A model generated the notes under the pieces. The model ran no database searches. It was not told where the DNA came from and was given only the letters and a program-made list of their open reading frames with translations. Positions 12,514 through 25,136 of a DNA stretch of 64,000 bases are shown here, piece after piece; position 1 is the stretch's first letter; each line of letters opens with the position of its first letter. The position numbers and the translations under genes were made by a program. The DNA comes from Rhizophagus irregularis (taxonomy: Eukaryota): NCBI RefSeq assembly GCF_026210795.1, contig NC_089430.1, positions 2,542,001 to 2,606,000 of the forward strand. Reading direction: 5' to 3'.

Positions 12514-14245
12514 GTGGAGTCCATCTCAGTAGTTTATTTTGGTTTAGTTATACTTGTTTTTGGTGTCTTTAAATTGATACCAAAAAAATTCTTTTTCAAA
12601 CAAAAGATACCAAAAAATTATGTTTTTTGTTATTACGTATCGGGACATGGTAGGTTTTCGCTTCTTATACTTCTTTCTCAAGTAGACATTTAACAATTAA
12701 GTCTTTATTTTGTGCATATAATAGGATTTGGACATGCTACAAGAGTTGTTCAAGTAGCATCAGAAATATTAAAGTTACAAAGAAAACATAAGTTATATAT
12801 AATATCGAATGCACCAAAATTCATATTTCAAGGAGCAATAGATTTAGGTGCAAAATATAGAAATGCTCCGATAGATGCGGGAGTAAAACAACCTAGAGCA
12901 TATACCGTAGATAGGCGGGAAACGATTGATGATTTAATAAAATTCTTAGACAATAAACCTATAATATTAAATAAAGAAATTCAATGGTTAAAGGATGTTA
13001 AAGCCGATATTGTGTTGTCTGATGCTCCTTTTCTTCCATGGTAAGTTTTTAGTAAAAATGATTTGTTTTCTTCTAGTTAAAGTTGTTATGATTGTAAGAA
13101 TCGTTAATGTCTTTCTCTCCTTTCTTGACAAATACAGTGCAGCAGCAGCATTAGTTGGAATACCGTCAGCTATTGTCAGTAATTTTACCTTTGATGCTGT
13201 GTACAGTGGATTATGTGAAGGCGATGAATTAGATGATACAATAAAAAGACTTGTTGAACATGTCATAAAAGATTATAGAAATTCTGAATTATTAATTAGG
13301 TTGCCAGGTTATATTCCAATACCATCATTTTCAGGTACACAGCTTTATCCTGATAACACAATAACATCATCATCATTAACTTCATCTAAAGGTGAAAAAA
13401 CATTATATAATGAGGAAAAATCAGTGAATTATCTAAGCGATATAAATTCGTTTTTTTCATCACCTAACACTTCAAAATTTTTAAAATATCATCGTAACGT
13501 AATTGATGTACCTTTAGTAGTACGTAAATCGATAACTCCTAAAGAAATAGTATTAAAAAATCTTGGTATACCGAAAGAAATTTTCACTACTCATAAAATT
13601 TTAATGGTATCTTTTGGCGGGCAAAATTTAGTTGGTATTGAAGATTGGGGTACTTCTTCTTTACCTGATAATTGGATTGCTATAGTATGTGGTAGTGATG
13701 GTATAAACTTACCTGATAGATTTTATTCTTGCCCAAAAAATGCTTATATACCTGATTTAACTAATGCTGCTGATGCTATAATTGGAAAATTAGTAAGTAT
13801 ACTTGTACGTTATAAATGATAATAATGATAGTAATATCTAACTACCAATTTTTCTTAGGGATATGGTACTTGCTCAGAATGTATTGGTCATGGTAAACCT
13901 TTTATTTATATTTCAAGACCTCAATTCATTGAAGAATTAGGTTTAAAACGTTTAATGGAATTACAAGGTATCTGTGTTGAAATGCCAAAATCTCATTTTG
14001 AATCTGGTAAATGGAAATCTTACATACAGAAAGCCTATGATTTATCATTGTCATCTTCTAATTCTGTTACTACAATTAAGCCTTTAACTCATGATGGTGG
14101 TTTTATTGCTGCTAACTTATTAGAAAATTTTTTAGATAATCGTAATTATTATTTTAATACTTTATCTGACGATAATAATTCTCGCATTAATGATAATTTT
14201 TATAAAATTAATACTAGTAAAGTATTAAAAAACAGTATTACTTAA
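12514..14245 (+). CDS. Stand-alone glycosyltransferase-B-like protein homologous to the N-terminal domain of plant L-arabinokinase (start uncertain)
   Basis: YVFCYYVSGHGFGHATRVVQV, DAGVKQPRAYTVDR, ADIVLSDAPF, SNFTFDAVY, YIPDLTNAADAIIGKLGYGTCSEC, SRPQFIEE. Introns 12650-12724, 13041-13137, 13793-13858. Confidence 0.85.
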
Positions 14246-14517
14246 TAGTAATTAATTTATTACATTTTTAATTTTGGATATTATATGTAAAACCAACTTT
14301 ATTGCTAGACATTATATAGATTCATAATAGTTTCTTTAATACTCAATATTTTAATATTGTAATAAAATATTAAATTAATCTAAAGTGTCCTTTTTTTAAA
14401 GGCTTTTTCTTTTATTAAGGATTAATTACGGTAGGAAAAAAAAAATAAAATTTACTTGCAAGATTATATCACAATTGAAAAAAAAATAACTAGTCTTTCT
14501 CTAAGTGAAATTAGAAA

Positions 14518-16288
14518 TTAGAAATAAATGCGTAATGCTTGATTTGCTATGCTTTCATGCGGACAATATGGACATTTAAAACGGCTGAAAAAAAAATAAG
14601 ATTATATAAAATAAAATAAAAATAAAAATATAGTAAATAATTAACAACTTACCTATTGCCTCTACTCAATTTGTTAAGAGACTCATGACAAATCACATGT
14701 CCGCAGGGCAACATCATTGGAGGGTTTTTCTCTGTTGACTGCTCTTTAGAAACTGGACACGCAAAGATTGAATGATAACGCATATAATCGGGTAAAGGGA
14801 CTTCTACCTATAAAAAATTTGACTGATTTAAAAATCGAACGTTGAATACTTAAAATTTATTTTACCCATATTGAAAACTTACTGGTAATTCATCTTGTTG
14901 ACTCCATTCATTCTTCTTCTCTTTCATAATTGTAGCCATTTTTAAGATTGTAGGTAAAGCAGTTGCACCTACTGTTACACTAAAGTTTTTGACGTTAAAA
15001 AAAATGGATATAATTATTGACGGGTATGCTATTATGCTACCGAATTTCATATATACCTACCTAATATATAGGGGGCTCTCACTTGACATTCCTAACAGAT
15101 TACAAAAATCACGCATGAACTTATTCTGTAATTCAATCCACAAATCGGGCGACAACAGATCTTTATATGGCGATGTTGATAAACGATTTGAAAAAGCCAA
15201 AGCACACATCAACCGCTTTATATCTGATAAATAATTACATGAAATAGTTACATTAGTTTATATTATATACATATAATTTTTATTAAAAAAAAATAACTCT
15301 ATCTGTATAAAATAAAACAAAGGAAAATGACATATCACCAAAAATATGACGGGAATGGAAGAGAGGAAATTTCTTTTTGGCATACACTAATGCTTCTTCT
15401 CGTCGATTATCAATTAGGAGTTGAACATAACGCTGTCGATGAAGCTCAAATTCCAACGTGCTACCTCTTTTTTCAAGCTCTTTGCTCTTTGTCCTGGCCC
15501 ACCTGGATGATATATATATATATAATTAGAACATATCAAATAATCAAGGAATGAATAACAACATAAGTTATGAAAGAAAATTAGATTACTCTATAGCAGG
15601 TTCTAACTTTTCAAGTTTTATATCTCCCAGAATTTGATACATTTCGTGAAATTGTGTTTGTATTGTATTAGGAATATCTAATTGTGCTTCCTAACAAAAT
15701 TATACACACATTTATTCACTAAACAGATGTTAAAAAAAAAGTAAGAAGGTAAATTATATATACCCTTATGAATGTGTTTGCCAATTCAAACCTGCCTTCA
15801 CGTATAAAGTGTAAGGCCACTGTTGTATTGAGAACCTTTTCTTTATTAGCGAAAACTTCTGGATTGCTTGCAATTGTAATGTCATTCTTCCATTTCTACA
15901 CACAAGCATTAAGAAAACAACATAAACAAAAACGAAGTATAAGATCTATTATAAGAATAGACTTTTTTATACCTTGTCTACTATTTTCTCATAACGTATT
16001 ATTACTTTCTGTAATTCTTTGTGAGATTCTAAAGTTTTCGTTGTAAGTTCTTTGAACTTCAGTTCCAGTTCTTTTAAAATAGCACCAGCGCTCACAGGAT
16101 CTGTGAAAAAGCACTTAGAAATTATATTTATTTACTGATATTAAAAAACCTTAAAACTTACCGGTTTCTAAACGCTTTTGAGCTTCTTGAATTTCATTAA
16201 TAATTTTATCGATGTTGTCGATCGTTGAATCAGCTACTTCCTGTTGCTTTTTTTCAACTTTTGAAAATTCTTTAGAGATTGAATCCAT
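14518..16288 (-). CDS. RMD5: GID/CTLH complex RING E3 subunit Rmd5/Gid2 (RMND5), multi-exon
   Basis: Start [15 protein letters not shown]; LisH/CTLH-like middle; C-terminus [37 protein letters not shown]...FKCPYCP...ALRIYF*. Confidence 0.93.
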
Positions 16289-16783
16289 AGTAGTACAGAA
16301 ATAGCGTAAATAATATCAAGGTAATATGACGAGCAAAGGAAATTTATAACTTAAGTACAAGCAAGGAAATGAACATAATTCGTTTCATCTTTTGATCGAT
16401 CTACTGTACAGTACATGAGCTTGAAAGTTGAACATCTGACTAATGTGTAACCTAAGTTATATACTATTCAAGTTATGCGAATATCACTGTATTAGTTATC
16501 ACACCATTATTATCGTATTATTAATAGTATATATTGTGTGACAAATAGATTTTTACCAAAATAGCTTAGCAAATAAAATAAATAAAATATCAACTTGTCA
16601 TTGTTCTGAATCGCCGATTAATTTTTGTTTATATAAAACGACGAAATTAAATATCACTGCATTAATTAACACGTCTAACGTCTAATTGGGATTTCGGTTC
16701 TGTACGTGAATTGTTTATAATATACATTTGCGTGACAAATAGTGTTAATCAAGGCAGATCATTGGATCCGCAGTGGTGACAAT

Positions 16784-19615
16784 TTATTTTTTTAATATTT
16801 CATTTATAAGTTCGGAAGATATGCTATAATTTAAAAGAATTTCTCTCATTTTTGAAATAAGATAATTTGGAGGATCTTGAATTAGAAATTTTTCGCAAAC
16901 TTGCGATAATTTTTTCTCATTCCTTGCTTTAGCAAAAGCTTTCATAAATATTATAAAATCTTCAATTAAAGGTTTGATTTCTCTTTGATCTATTGCATCC
17001 CATATTAACATGACCAAATCCCATCGCTGATTATAACTAAATCGTTTAAGAATTATCTGGAGACTATCTAAGTCAGGTAGTGGATATCTTGCATTACTTA
17101 GATGTATCAAAGAAGTATTTACTTGTGATGATGTCGATAATTGATCGTGACTTTCTAACATTTTCATGAATAATTTAAGCGCTCCTTCTGATAAATCCTT
17201 ATCTTGAGCTAGCATATTTAAAAGAATATTGCAATTTCGTGTGTTGAGATATTTATTTATTTTAGAATCTTTAAGAAGATCGATCGCACCTTTAATATTC
17301 TTTCCTTTTTTATATGCAGATAGCATAGTAATTATCACCACTTCATCTGGTTCGCATTCTTCTTTAATCATTTCATTATAAACAGAACATGCTCCTTTAA
17401 TGTTTCCATCTAGAGCGTACGCTTTCATAAGTACAGTAAATGTTTTTTTATCCATAGGAATTCTTTGTGTACGCATGTAATCAAAAACTTTCTGAGCATT
17501 TCGTGTATTTTTTTTGTTGGCAAACATATCAATAAGAGAAGTATAAACAAATTTATCTGGTATTAAACCGGATCGTTTCATTTCCTCAAATTCTCTCAGA
17601 CTTTCCCCAATCTCGCCAATAGCAACATATCCATTGATTAATGAAGTATAAGTTTTTAAATCTTTCCAAAATCCCGAGATAATCATCTTTTTAACTACCT
17701 GTTGTGCCATGCTCATATTATGAGATTTGCAATAACCGTATATCATTATATTGAAAATGTATTGATTAGGATTTATAACATTATCTTTCATCTGTTGCAA
17801 TAATTTTTCAGCCTCTTCCATTTTCTTATAATGTACAAAATTTTTCATTAAAATAGAATAAGTAACAATATCAATAATATAACCCTTCGATCTCATCTCG
17901 TTTAAAATAAGGGATAATTCCATTGATTCTTCAGCCTCTTGATACTTAGAAAGTCGACGATGATGTAATCTACTTTTCCTAATGTCTTTCACTATAGCCG
18001 AGTTTAACAATATATTAAAAGTTCGATCGGAAGGTACAATCGATTTTTTAATCATTGTTCTATATTGATCAATTGCTTTTTCATAATAATCTACTCCATT
18101 TTGTTTTTTAATATATTGCATCAAAGTATTATAAGTGACAGCATCAGGAACAATGTCATAATTAGACATTTGTGAAAATATTTTTTTTACAGCTGACATT
18201 CCGTAGACATTTAGATATCCTTTCAATAACGTGTTATAAACTTCCACATTGGGGGAAATTCCATATTTAATCATTTCGTCAAAACATTTCCCTGCCTCTT
18301 TAAGATTATTTTGATTAATATAGCCGTTAATGAAAGTATTGAACGTGACGACATTCGGTTTAAATTCTGATTCTGACATCTGGTCAAATAGTAGACGTGC
18401 CATGGAAAAATCATTAAATTTTATGTATAAATGTATAAGCATATTATAAAGTCGTAAACTTTTCCCATCACTATCACTTAAACGATCTTTGATTTCTAAA
18501 GCTTGCTTTTTCTTACCAGATCGGATATAAGCCGACATTAATGTAAAATAAGTATCAAAACTCGGTTGAATATTCATTTTTATCATCTTGTTGTAAAGTT
18601 TCTCAACATAATCATAATCTCCTAAATCGGAATAACCTGACATTAGCGTGTCAAATGTCATTACGTTAGGTCTAACCCCCATGGAGGACATTATCTTAAG
18701 ACATTTTATCACACTCTTTAAATCACGAATTTTTATAAGTACATCGATAATGTTATTGAAAGTTACAACATCAGGTCGTAGACCTTCTTTTTCCATTTCG
18801 CATAATAAGCTTAGAGCATCAGGAATATTCTTATTTCGTACATATGCTAAAAGAATGATATTGTAAGTTGGCAAGTTCGGCTGAATTGATTTAGATTTCA
18901 TATCTTGCAGTAGCTGAAATATGCATCGTAAATTACCTATTTTTGCACATATATGTATAAAATTATTATATGTTTCAACATCACATAAAATGTTCTTTTG
19001 GAATATTTCAACAAAAATATTTTTCAACTTATCATAATCTTTCCATTTTCCATATAAAACTATCATTAATGCATATAAATCTAGAGAAAAACTTAAATTA
19101 ATCGATTTCATATCAGTAACAAATCGATTCAGCCATTTTAGTACGAAATCTTTCGAATTATAATTTTGCAATCGTGTAATTAATTGAGCGTAATCATTTT
19201 TATCGAGTAATTGTAAAGCACCTTTTTTTGATAAATCGTCATACGTCACAAATATATTCTCAGCATTTCTTTCCAAATCTTGCCGAAAGCATACAATTAA
19301 AGGTTGAAGATACAGTTGACAATTGCAGTCAACTTCTTTTATAATAGCTTCGCTTGACTTTTTCCTCGTCGTTGTTGGTAGCGCAAGAGAGGAATGTTTT
19401 CGTCTCGTACATTTGGTTATCGTCACCTTCCATTTCCACATTCTTAAACTAATAGACAAGGAAGCTTCTTCAAAAGTTCGCAAAAATTTTGATGATTTAA
19501 TACAAGGAGACCAATTTAATATAAGAGTTTTATTATATGGATAAGATTGCCGAATAAAATGTCGTGACAAAATTTTTGGCATGTATATTCTCAAATTTTT
19601 GTGGGGGATAACCAT
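16784..19615 (-). CDS. Pentatricopeptide-repeat (PPR) protein, 943 aa, intronless, probably mitochondrial
   Basis: Many 35-aa repeats (PDVVTFNNIID, PNVVTFNTFINGY, PDAVTYNTLM, PDKFVYTSLIDMF); basic N-terminus. Confidence 0.95.
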   Translation of the reverse strand: MVIPHKNLRIYMPKILSRHFIRQSYPYNKTLILNWSPCIKSSKFLRTFEEASLSISLRMWKWKVTITKCTRRKHSSLALPTTTRKKSSEAIIKEVDCNCQLYLQPLIVCFRQDLERNAENIFVTYDDLSKKGALQLLDKNDYAQLITRLQNYNSKDFVLKWLNRFVTDMKSINLSFSLDLYALMIVLYGKWKDYDKLKNIFVEIFQKNILCDVETYNNFIHICAKIGNLRCIFQLLQDMKSKSIQPNLPTYNIILLAYVRNKNIPDALSLLCEMEKEGLRPDVVTFNNIIDVLIKIRDLKSVIKCLKIMSSMGVRPNVMTFDTLMSGYSDLGDYDYVEKLYNKMIKMNIQPSFDTYFTLMSAYIRSGKKKQALEIKDRLSDSDGKSLRLYNMLIHLYIKFNDFSMARLLFDQMSESEFKPNVVTFNTFINGYINQNNLKEAGKCFDEMIKYGISPNVEVYNTLLKGYLNVYGMSAVKKIFSQMSNYDIVPDAVTYNTLMQYIKKQNGVDYYEKAIDQYRTMIKKSIVPSDRTFNILLNSAIVKDIRKSRLHHRRLSKYQEAEESMELSLILNEMRSKGYIIDIVTYSILMKNFVHYKKMEEAEKLLQQMKDNVINPNQYIFNIMIYGYCKSHNMSMAQQVVKKMIISGFWKDLKTYTSLINGYVAIGEIGESLREFEEMKRSGLIPDKFVYTSLIDMFANKKNTRNAQKVFDYMRTQRIPMDKKTFTVLMKAYALDGNIKGACSVYNEMIKEECEPDEVVIITMLSAYKKGKNIKGAIDLLKDSKINKYLNTRNCNILLNMLAQDKDLSEGALKLFMKMLESHDQLSTSSQVNTSLIHLSNARYPLPDLDSLQIILKRFSYNQRWDLVMLIWDAIDQREIKPLIEDFIIFMKAFAKARNEKKLSQVCEKFLIQDPPNYLISKMREILLNYSISSELINEILKK

Positions 19616-19831
19616 TAGTATGCTTAAAAAGCTCTTCGTTTATTTTTCGACTTTTCGATATTCGAAATTAATTGACTCCGCATTGGTCGTTCAATTTTAC
19701 ATACAAATAGAATAAAAAATGTTCAAGTCGCGATCTATAAAAATTTTTTTTGTTAAAGCACGTGTTAACATTAAAAACTTGATTATCAATAAAATTTTTT
19801 ACACCGCAGTAATTTAACTTTCTTAACTATT

Positions 19832-22800
19832 ATGCCGTTTGTAGAATATTTCAAAGTATCAGTATCAGTTATAAATTATTGTTATTTGTTCCCGTTTGAG
19901 TTAAAAAGGACTAATGTTTTATATTATTGCATTGAATTAGAACGATATTTTGTGTGCTTTATCAGCTCTTGAGGAAAAAGATTTTAACACGTAACTATTT
20001 TATTAGCATTATATAAAGATAATAATTTAAATGGATTGGTTTAAAAACTTTTTTCTAATTATTCAAAGGCAAGAAAGTCGCGACTATCTTGTGTCTGTCT
20101 TAACACAACTTATAAATTCCACAAGCGATTTAGAAACCAACAAGTTTGTTCTTACTTCGCTTTTGTTTAAAATATGGCAACAACATAAATGTTATGCAGG
20201 TGTTATTATGAATTCTAGAGTGTAATTCGATAATATATGGGATTTTTATATTTACTTGATGATTTCTTATCAGATCAATTGGACTATAATATTCTTAAAG
20301 TAAATTATGAATTGAGTACAGGCCTTTATTTAGAATTGATAGAAAAGTTAAATATGGAAAACGAATTCAGAAAATTATTATATTCAATTCCACAGCTGGT
20401 AATTAATGATTTTTCGGGTAGAAATTGTTTAATCTTGTCTATTTAAAGTCATTATATATTCTCTCTCATAAATAATAGACAGTTCAAAGAGTTGTTGAGA
20501 ATGTAATATATTCAAATCCATCATATGGTTTTAGAATTGTTTATGATCCAGCTTTAAATGTGTGCAATAGTCATAATGGCCAAAATAGATCAGAATTGAT
20601 TTCAAGCTTATTGCAAATGATTGTAGAATACGATAACGTGATTAAAACAAGTATTATATTTAATGTTCTTAGTACCTATTGTTATAACTGATACTAGCTT
20701 AACTTAACAATCTTTATTATATATTATTAGATGATCAACTTCTTGTTGAATTGTTTCAATCTACCGCAAGACACGTTGAAAGCCATTTGAACTCCAATTC
20801 GCCCCTGCGTCGAAAACCTGTTGCTTCACAAAATTCAGAAATTATTCCGAATAATGTGGAAATGAACTATTTTTTTTCGACTTTTTATTATCCTGATTTA
20901 AATTTCCAAGCAAAGTCGCATCTAAAGCGCGCTTATCAAACGGTTAAATCAAAAAGCACACAATTCGAAAATACTTCAAAGTAAGGTATTCTCTCATTAT
21001 TGTTTATTTTATGGTATCATCATTGTACATTTTATTTATGCTTGACGACCTTAGGTCAATTGAAAGTTTATATGCAAATTCACAACGAACTCCTAGAGAT
21101 AATAAACATCTCTATCAATTGCTATGCATATTTGACTATCTTGCGTTCGTCGTTTGTAAGGATGAACAACAAGCTTATCAAATCAATCCTTTAATGAAAT
21201 TGGCAATGCGCCGAGTAATCTTGCGGCTCAAAGAAGCAGATATAATCAGTAATGTGTTTAGTATATATTAAATGGAGTTAATACATTATACATTTATTAA
21301 TCCTTTAATAAAATTAGGCACTTTAAGTTCACTTAATAAGATATATTCCAATGAAAACAAATCAATTGACAATCTCCTAGAATATATTGATTCTGAACCA
21401 CAAAAAACGCCTTCGAATTTGGAGGTAAACATGATTTTTGATATTCGGAAGTTTCCATAATAACCATTAATGTTATTAATCGTTTATTCTCTAGTTTCGA
21501 TCAAAAAGGATAGTTCAACGGTAATATAAATATACGTACACATATACCTTATACGCGAATAAAGCAATTAATAGTAATTTAATTGATCCAGTTTGCGAGA
21601 AGATAAATCAGAATATCAAAATGTAACTTTCCTGAAAGTATCTTTTCGTATGAATTCAACAAGTGATGAACCTTTAAATAAGCATGAAGAGGCATTTATC
21701 ACGATTTGTCATTCTTTGCGACAAAATCTTGATTACGACATATCATTTGCCAATCGGATCGATGGTTCTGAGTTGACTTTCAAATTAAGCATGATATTAG
21801 AGAGTTTAACAAAGAAAGATCTGTCCAATTATTGTCATTGGGTGGTAAATTCTATTAGATTCCGGCGTCTTGGATCTGTGTCTTTTTTAAAATTAATGTT
21901 GCAATATATAGATCTATTTGACGAGTAAGTTAAATAATTCATAATTTCTTTTGTCACAAACACATTTATATTTTATATCCATGTTATATTACTATAATAC
22001 ACAACAGCTTAAACATAAATGAAGATATGTTTAGTGAGTTGATAGTTGAATATGGATTCCAACGAGAATTATATCAGAGTATCAAAAGACTCATTAAAAA
22101 TTCTGGCGGCAAAACTGTACCTAAAATCAAAGTAAGTGCGATCAACAATATTTTTCACATGATAACCATAATTAATACTAATTACATTTCAAAGACTGGC
22201 ATGAATCTATTCCTTAAATCATTTTCTCTATTATCACGCCACACAAAATGTCTATTTCGTGATTTTATGTTATCTGACAGGTAATTTTATTTAGGCTATT
22301 TCTAAATTCTGTATAATTTCTTACAGATGATACTTTATTTATTAAACAGGCCTCCTGATACGAACATTAAAGCACCTACTTTCGATAATTGGTCAGTATG
22401 GCCGTTTGAATATAATCAACGACTTACTACGCTCTGCAATCAAATAGTTTTTACAGCAGAAATAAACAGCCAAATGAACGATGATAAGTCGAAGTTAATA
22501 ATTAAAAACAAGGAGGAATGTATTAGATCTAGTGATATAGACGCTCTTATTGAAGTACGTTATATATTATTCTTGATTTATTATTATATGTCTTTCATTA
22601 CTTACTTGACTTCTTTGTACAGTTATCAATGGTTGCATCTTATTTTATGCTTGACAGATTATTAGAGGACTGTATACATAATAAGGGCGAAGGAATATTA
22701 ATTCTTGATATTTTACGTGAAATTGGATCATTATGTTGGTTCCGCCAAACCTCAAAATCTCCAGCTTTGATGATTAAAGTAATTCAATACAAATTATCTT

Positions 22801-25033
22801 CACTTGATGGAGGAACTTTGTGTTTTAACTTACAAGAACAAAAAAACTTGATCGATTTTCTTATGCTTGCGATGACGGTAAATTGTTACATACATCTTTA
22901 ATTTTTACATACCTTTAATATTAATGCCTTTTATTAATAAATTTGTGTGAATAAAGGGCAATACCACCAAGAAACCTGTGGAGTTAACTCTTATTGATAT
23001 AGGAGAATGGAACAATAATAACATTCTAATTGATGTCAGAGAATATATCAAGTATTGTGTGATGCCTTACTTAAAGAGCTCAAACTTGATTGGAAGGAAA
23101 ATTACTTTGTCTATATCACTTGATATTCTTAATGCCCTTTTATTTCAACTAACTCCAATGTTACCACCAGCTGATGTAAGTTGGTTAATGAGGTCAAATC
23201 CCTTTTCATTATTGAAATCTATTGTAACGTTATTCAATCGGCGTAAAGAAATGTTTTCCTTAGTAATAAACAAGATAGATAATATATATATAGTGTCTAA
23301 AAAATTGATAGAAATATTGGCGGGGTGTATTTCATCTCTTCCAGAAGATTATGTTCAATATAGTAAGTTCTTATTTTATAATACCTTATTTAAAGCATTT
23401 ACGGTTGGAATTTTTAATATTGCGTTTTTTAGATATTCACAATTCAGATACCTATTCGGTTCGTCAGTTTTATGACGAATCCCAGGAATTTGGTAAATTA
23501 TTTTTTTTTTAAAAAAAAAAGATATCCTACATTTAATTATTCAAAAAAAATTATTTTTCTTTATATTATTATAAAGATTGGACTACACAACTTTTTCTCC
23601 GGAACTTATTTGAAATGTGTGAAGACCGATTAGGATTAAAGATAGGGAAACCTATTATACCTGCAGTGCTTTTTTCCTTTTGTGATTTATCCAAAGAAGA
23701 ATTTGTGATAATTGAGGATAATGAAAATATGTCAGAACAAACAACAGAATTTAAACAAACGATGGTGTTTTTAGAAGGTTGCAGAGTGTCGAATGATTGG
23801 TGCAAAAAATTTAGTTTAGTAAGTTCTTTAAAATTAGAATATACCTTGTCTAAACATTTTTTTGTTAATATCTAACATGTTGGTTGATGATTCTTTTCTT
23901 TAAGGCTCTAAACAAGTCACAAGCTATTACAAAGCCATCTTTACGTAATCTTTTCCGAACAACCGCACCTCTTGCATTCTGTTACATACTTGCAAACAGT
24001 GTTGAAGAGGAAACTTTATGTTTGTTGAATGAGCTATTAAGAGAATTGTTTTTTTACGGTTGTCTGTCAGCCGCTGAATTGTTAATGATTGATGATAATG
24101 ATAATGAATTAAATGAATTGGCTACTGCTGACCTAGCATTTGATGGTAAAAGAATTTTAGTTTTCAAGATTTATCTTTCCTTGATCTTGATTGGACTAAT
24201 TATGTTTTTTGAATAGAACGGATATCATTATGTTGTTTAAGATTTTCATTTATTAATATCTTAGAATCATTACACTTTCTCAAGGAACAGCAAGAAAAAA
24301 GTAATAATTCATTGGAGTATGAACAACAATTTTCATCATACAGGGTTGTTACCGATTTCCGTATTATACAAAATATTATCAAAGTAACTAAGGTATTACT
24401 TTTAATCCCTTTTTTAAAAAACAAAAAAAATATTTCCATTTCAAAAATAAGAAAATTTACATTATTATTTTATTTATTCATTTTTTAATTTCTCAGGAAT
24501 TCTTTATAACACCTAATTCTACGCTGAATTATTTGATTGTATTATTCTATACTATAACTCAAGCGCTTCCTCTGTTATCTTTTTCATTCAAAGCTGAAGA
24601 AAGTTTATATATCTTTTTATTATTTATTGTGGATCAGATTGATAATGCGCGTATAATAACAATTCAAGAAGAGAAATCATCAACAGGAATCGTGGTTGGT
24701 AATACTGATAATGGATCTTCCAGCAACCAAAAAAGTCGCAAAAAGAAAAAAAAAACAGAGAAACATCAAAAAGGTAATCAAGAATTGGAGCAACAATTAG
24801 AACAATTAACAAGAGAAATAGATACAACAGCAATAAAAGCAGATGAAGTATATATAGAAGCAAATACTAAAAGAAATCAAACCGTTAGGTCAGTAACCAT
24901 TGAATATTCTCAATGGCAAGAAAAACTGTTAGCCAAAGGTTCTAATAAAATAAAAAATAATGAATTGGGATGGAGATTCACAGTAGCAAATGCATTGAAA
25001 ATTCGAGATGAACTTATTGATCATGGTAAATAA
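19832..25033 (+). CDS. Large multi-exon helical protein, probable Gemin4 (SMN complex) homologue
   Basis: Chain of + strand exons with GT-AG introns. Segments LYLELIEKLNMENEFRKLLYSIP, EQKNLIDFLMLAM, LIDVREYIKYCVMPYL, WLMRSNPFSLLKSIVTLFNR and DWTTQLFLRNLF follow my recollection of vertebrate Gemin4 in the same order. Confidence 0.7.
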
Positions 25034-25136
25034 TGATTGGTATTTTATAAAAGTTTAAATAGTAATTTTTACAAGATAGGTATTTAATGTAATGAATCAA
25101 AAAATTGCTGTATTTGATATTTATCTACAATAAAAA

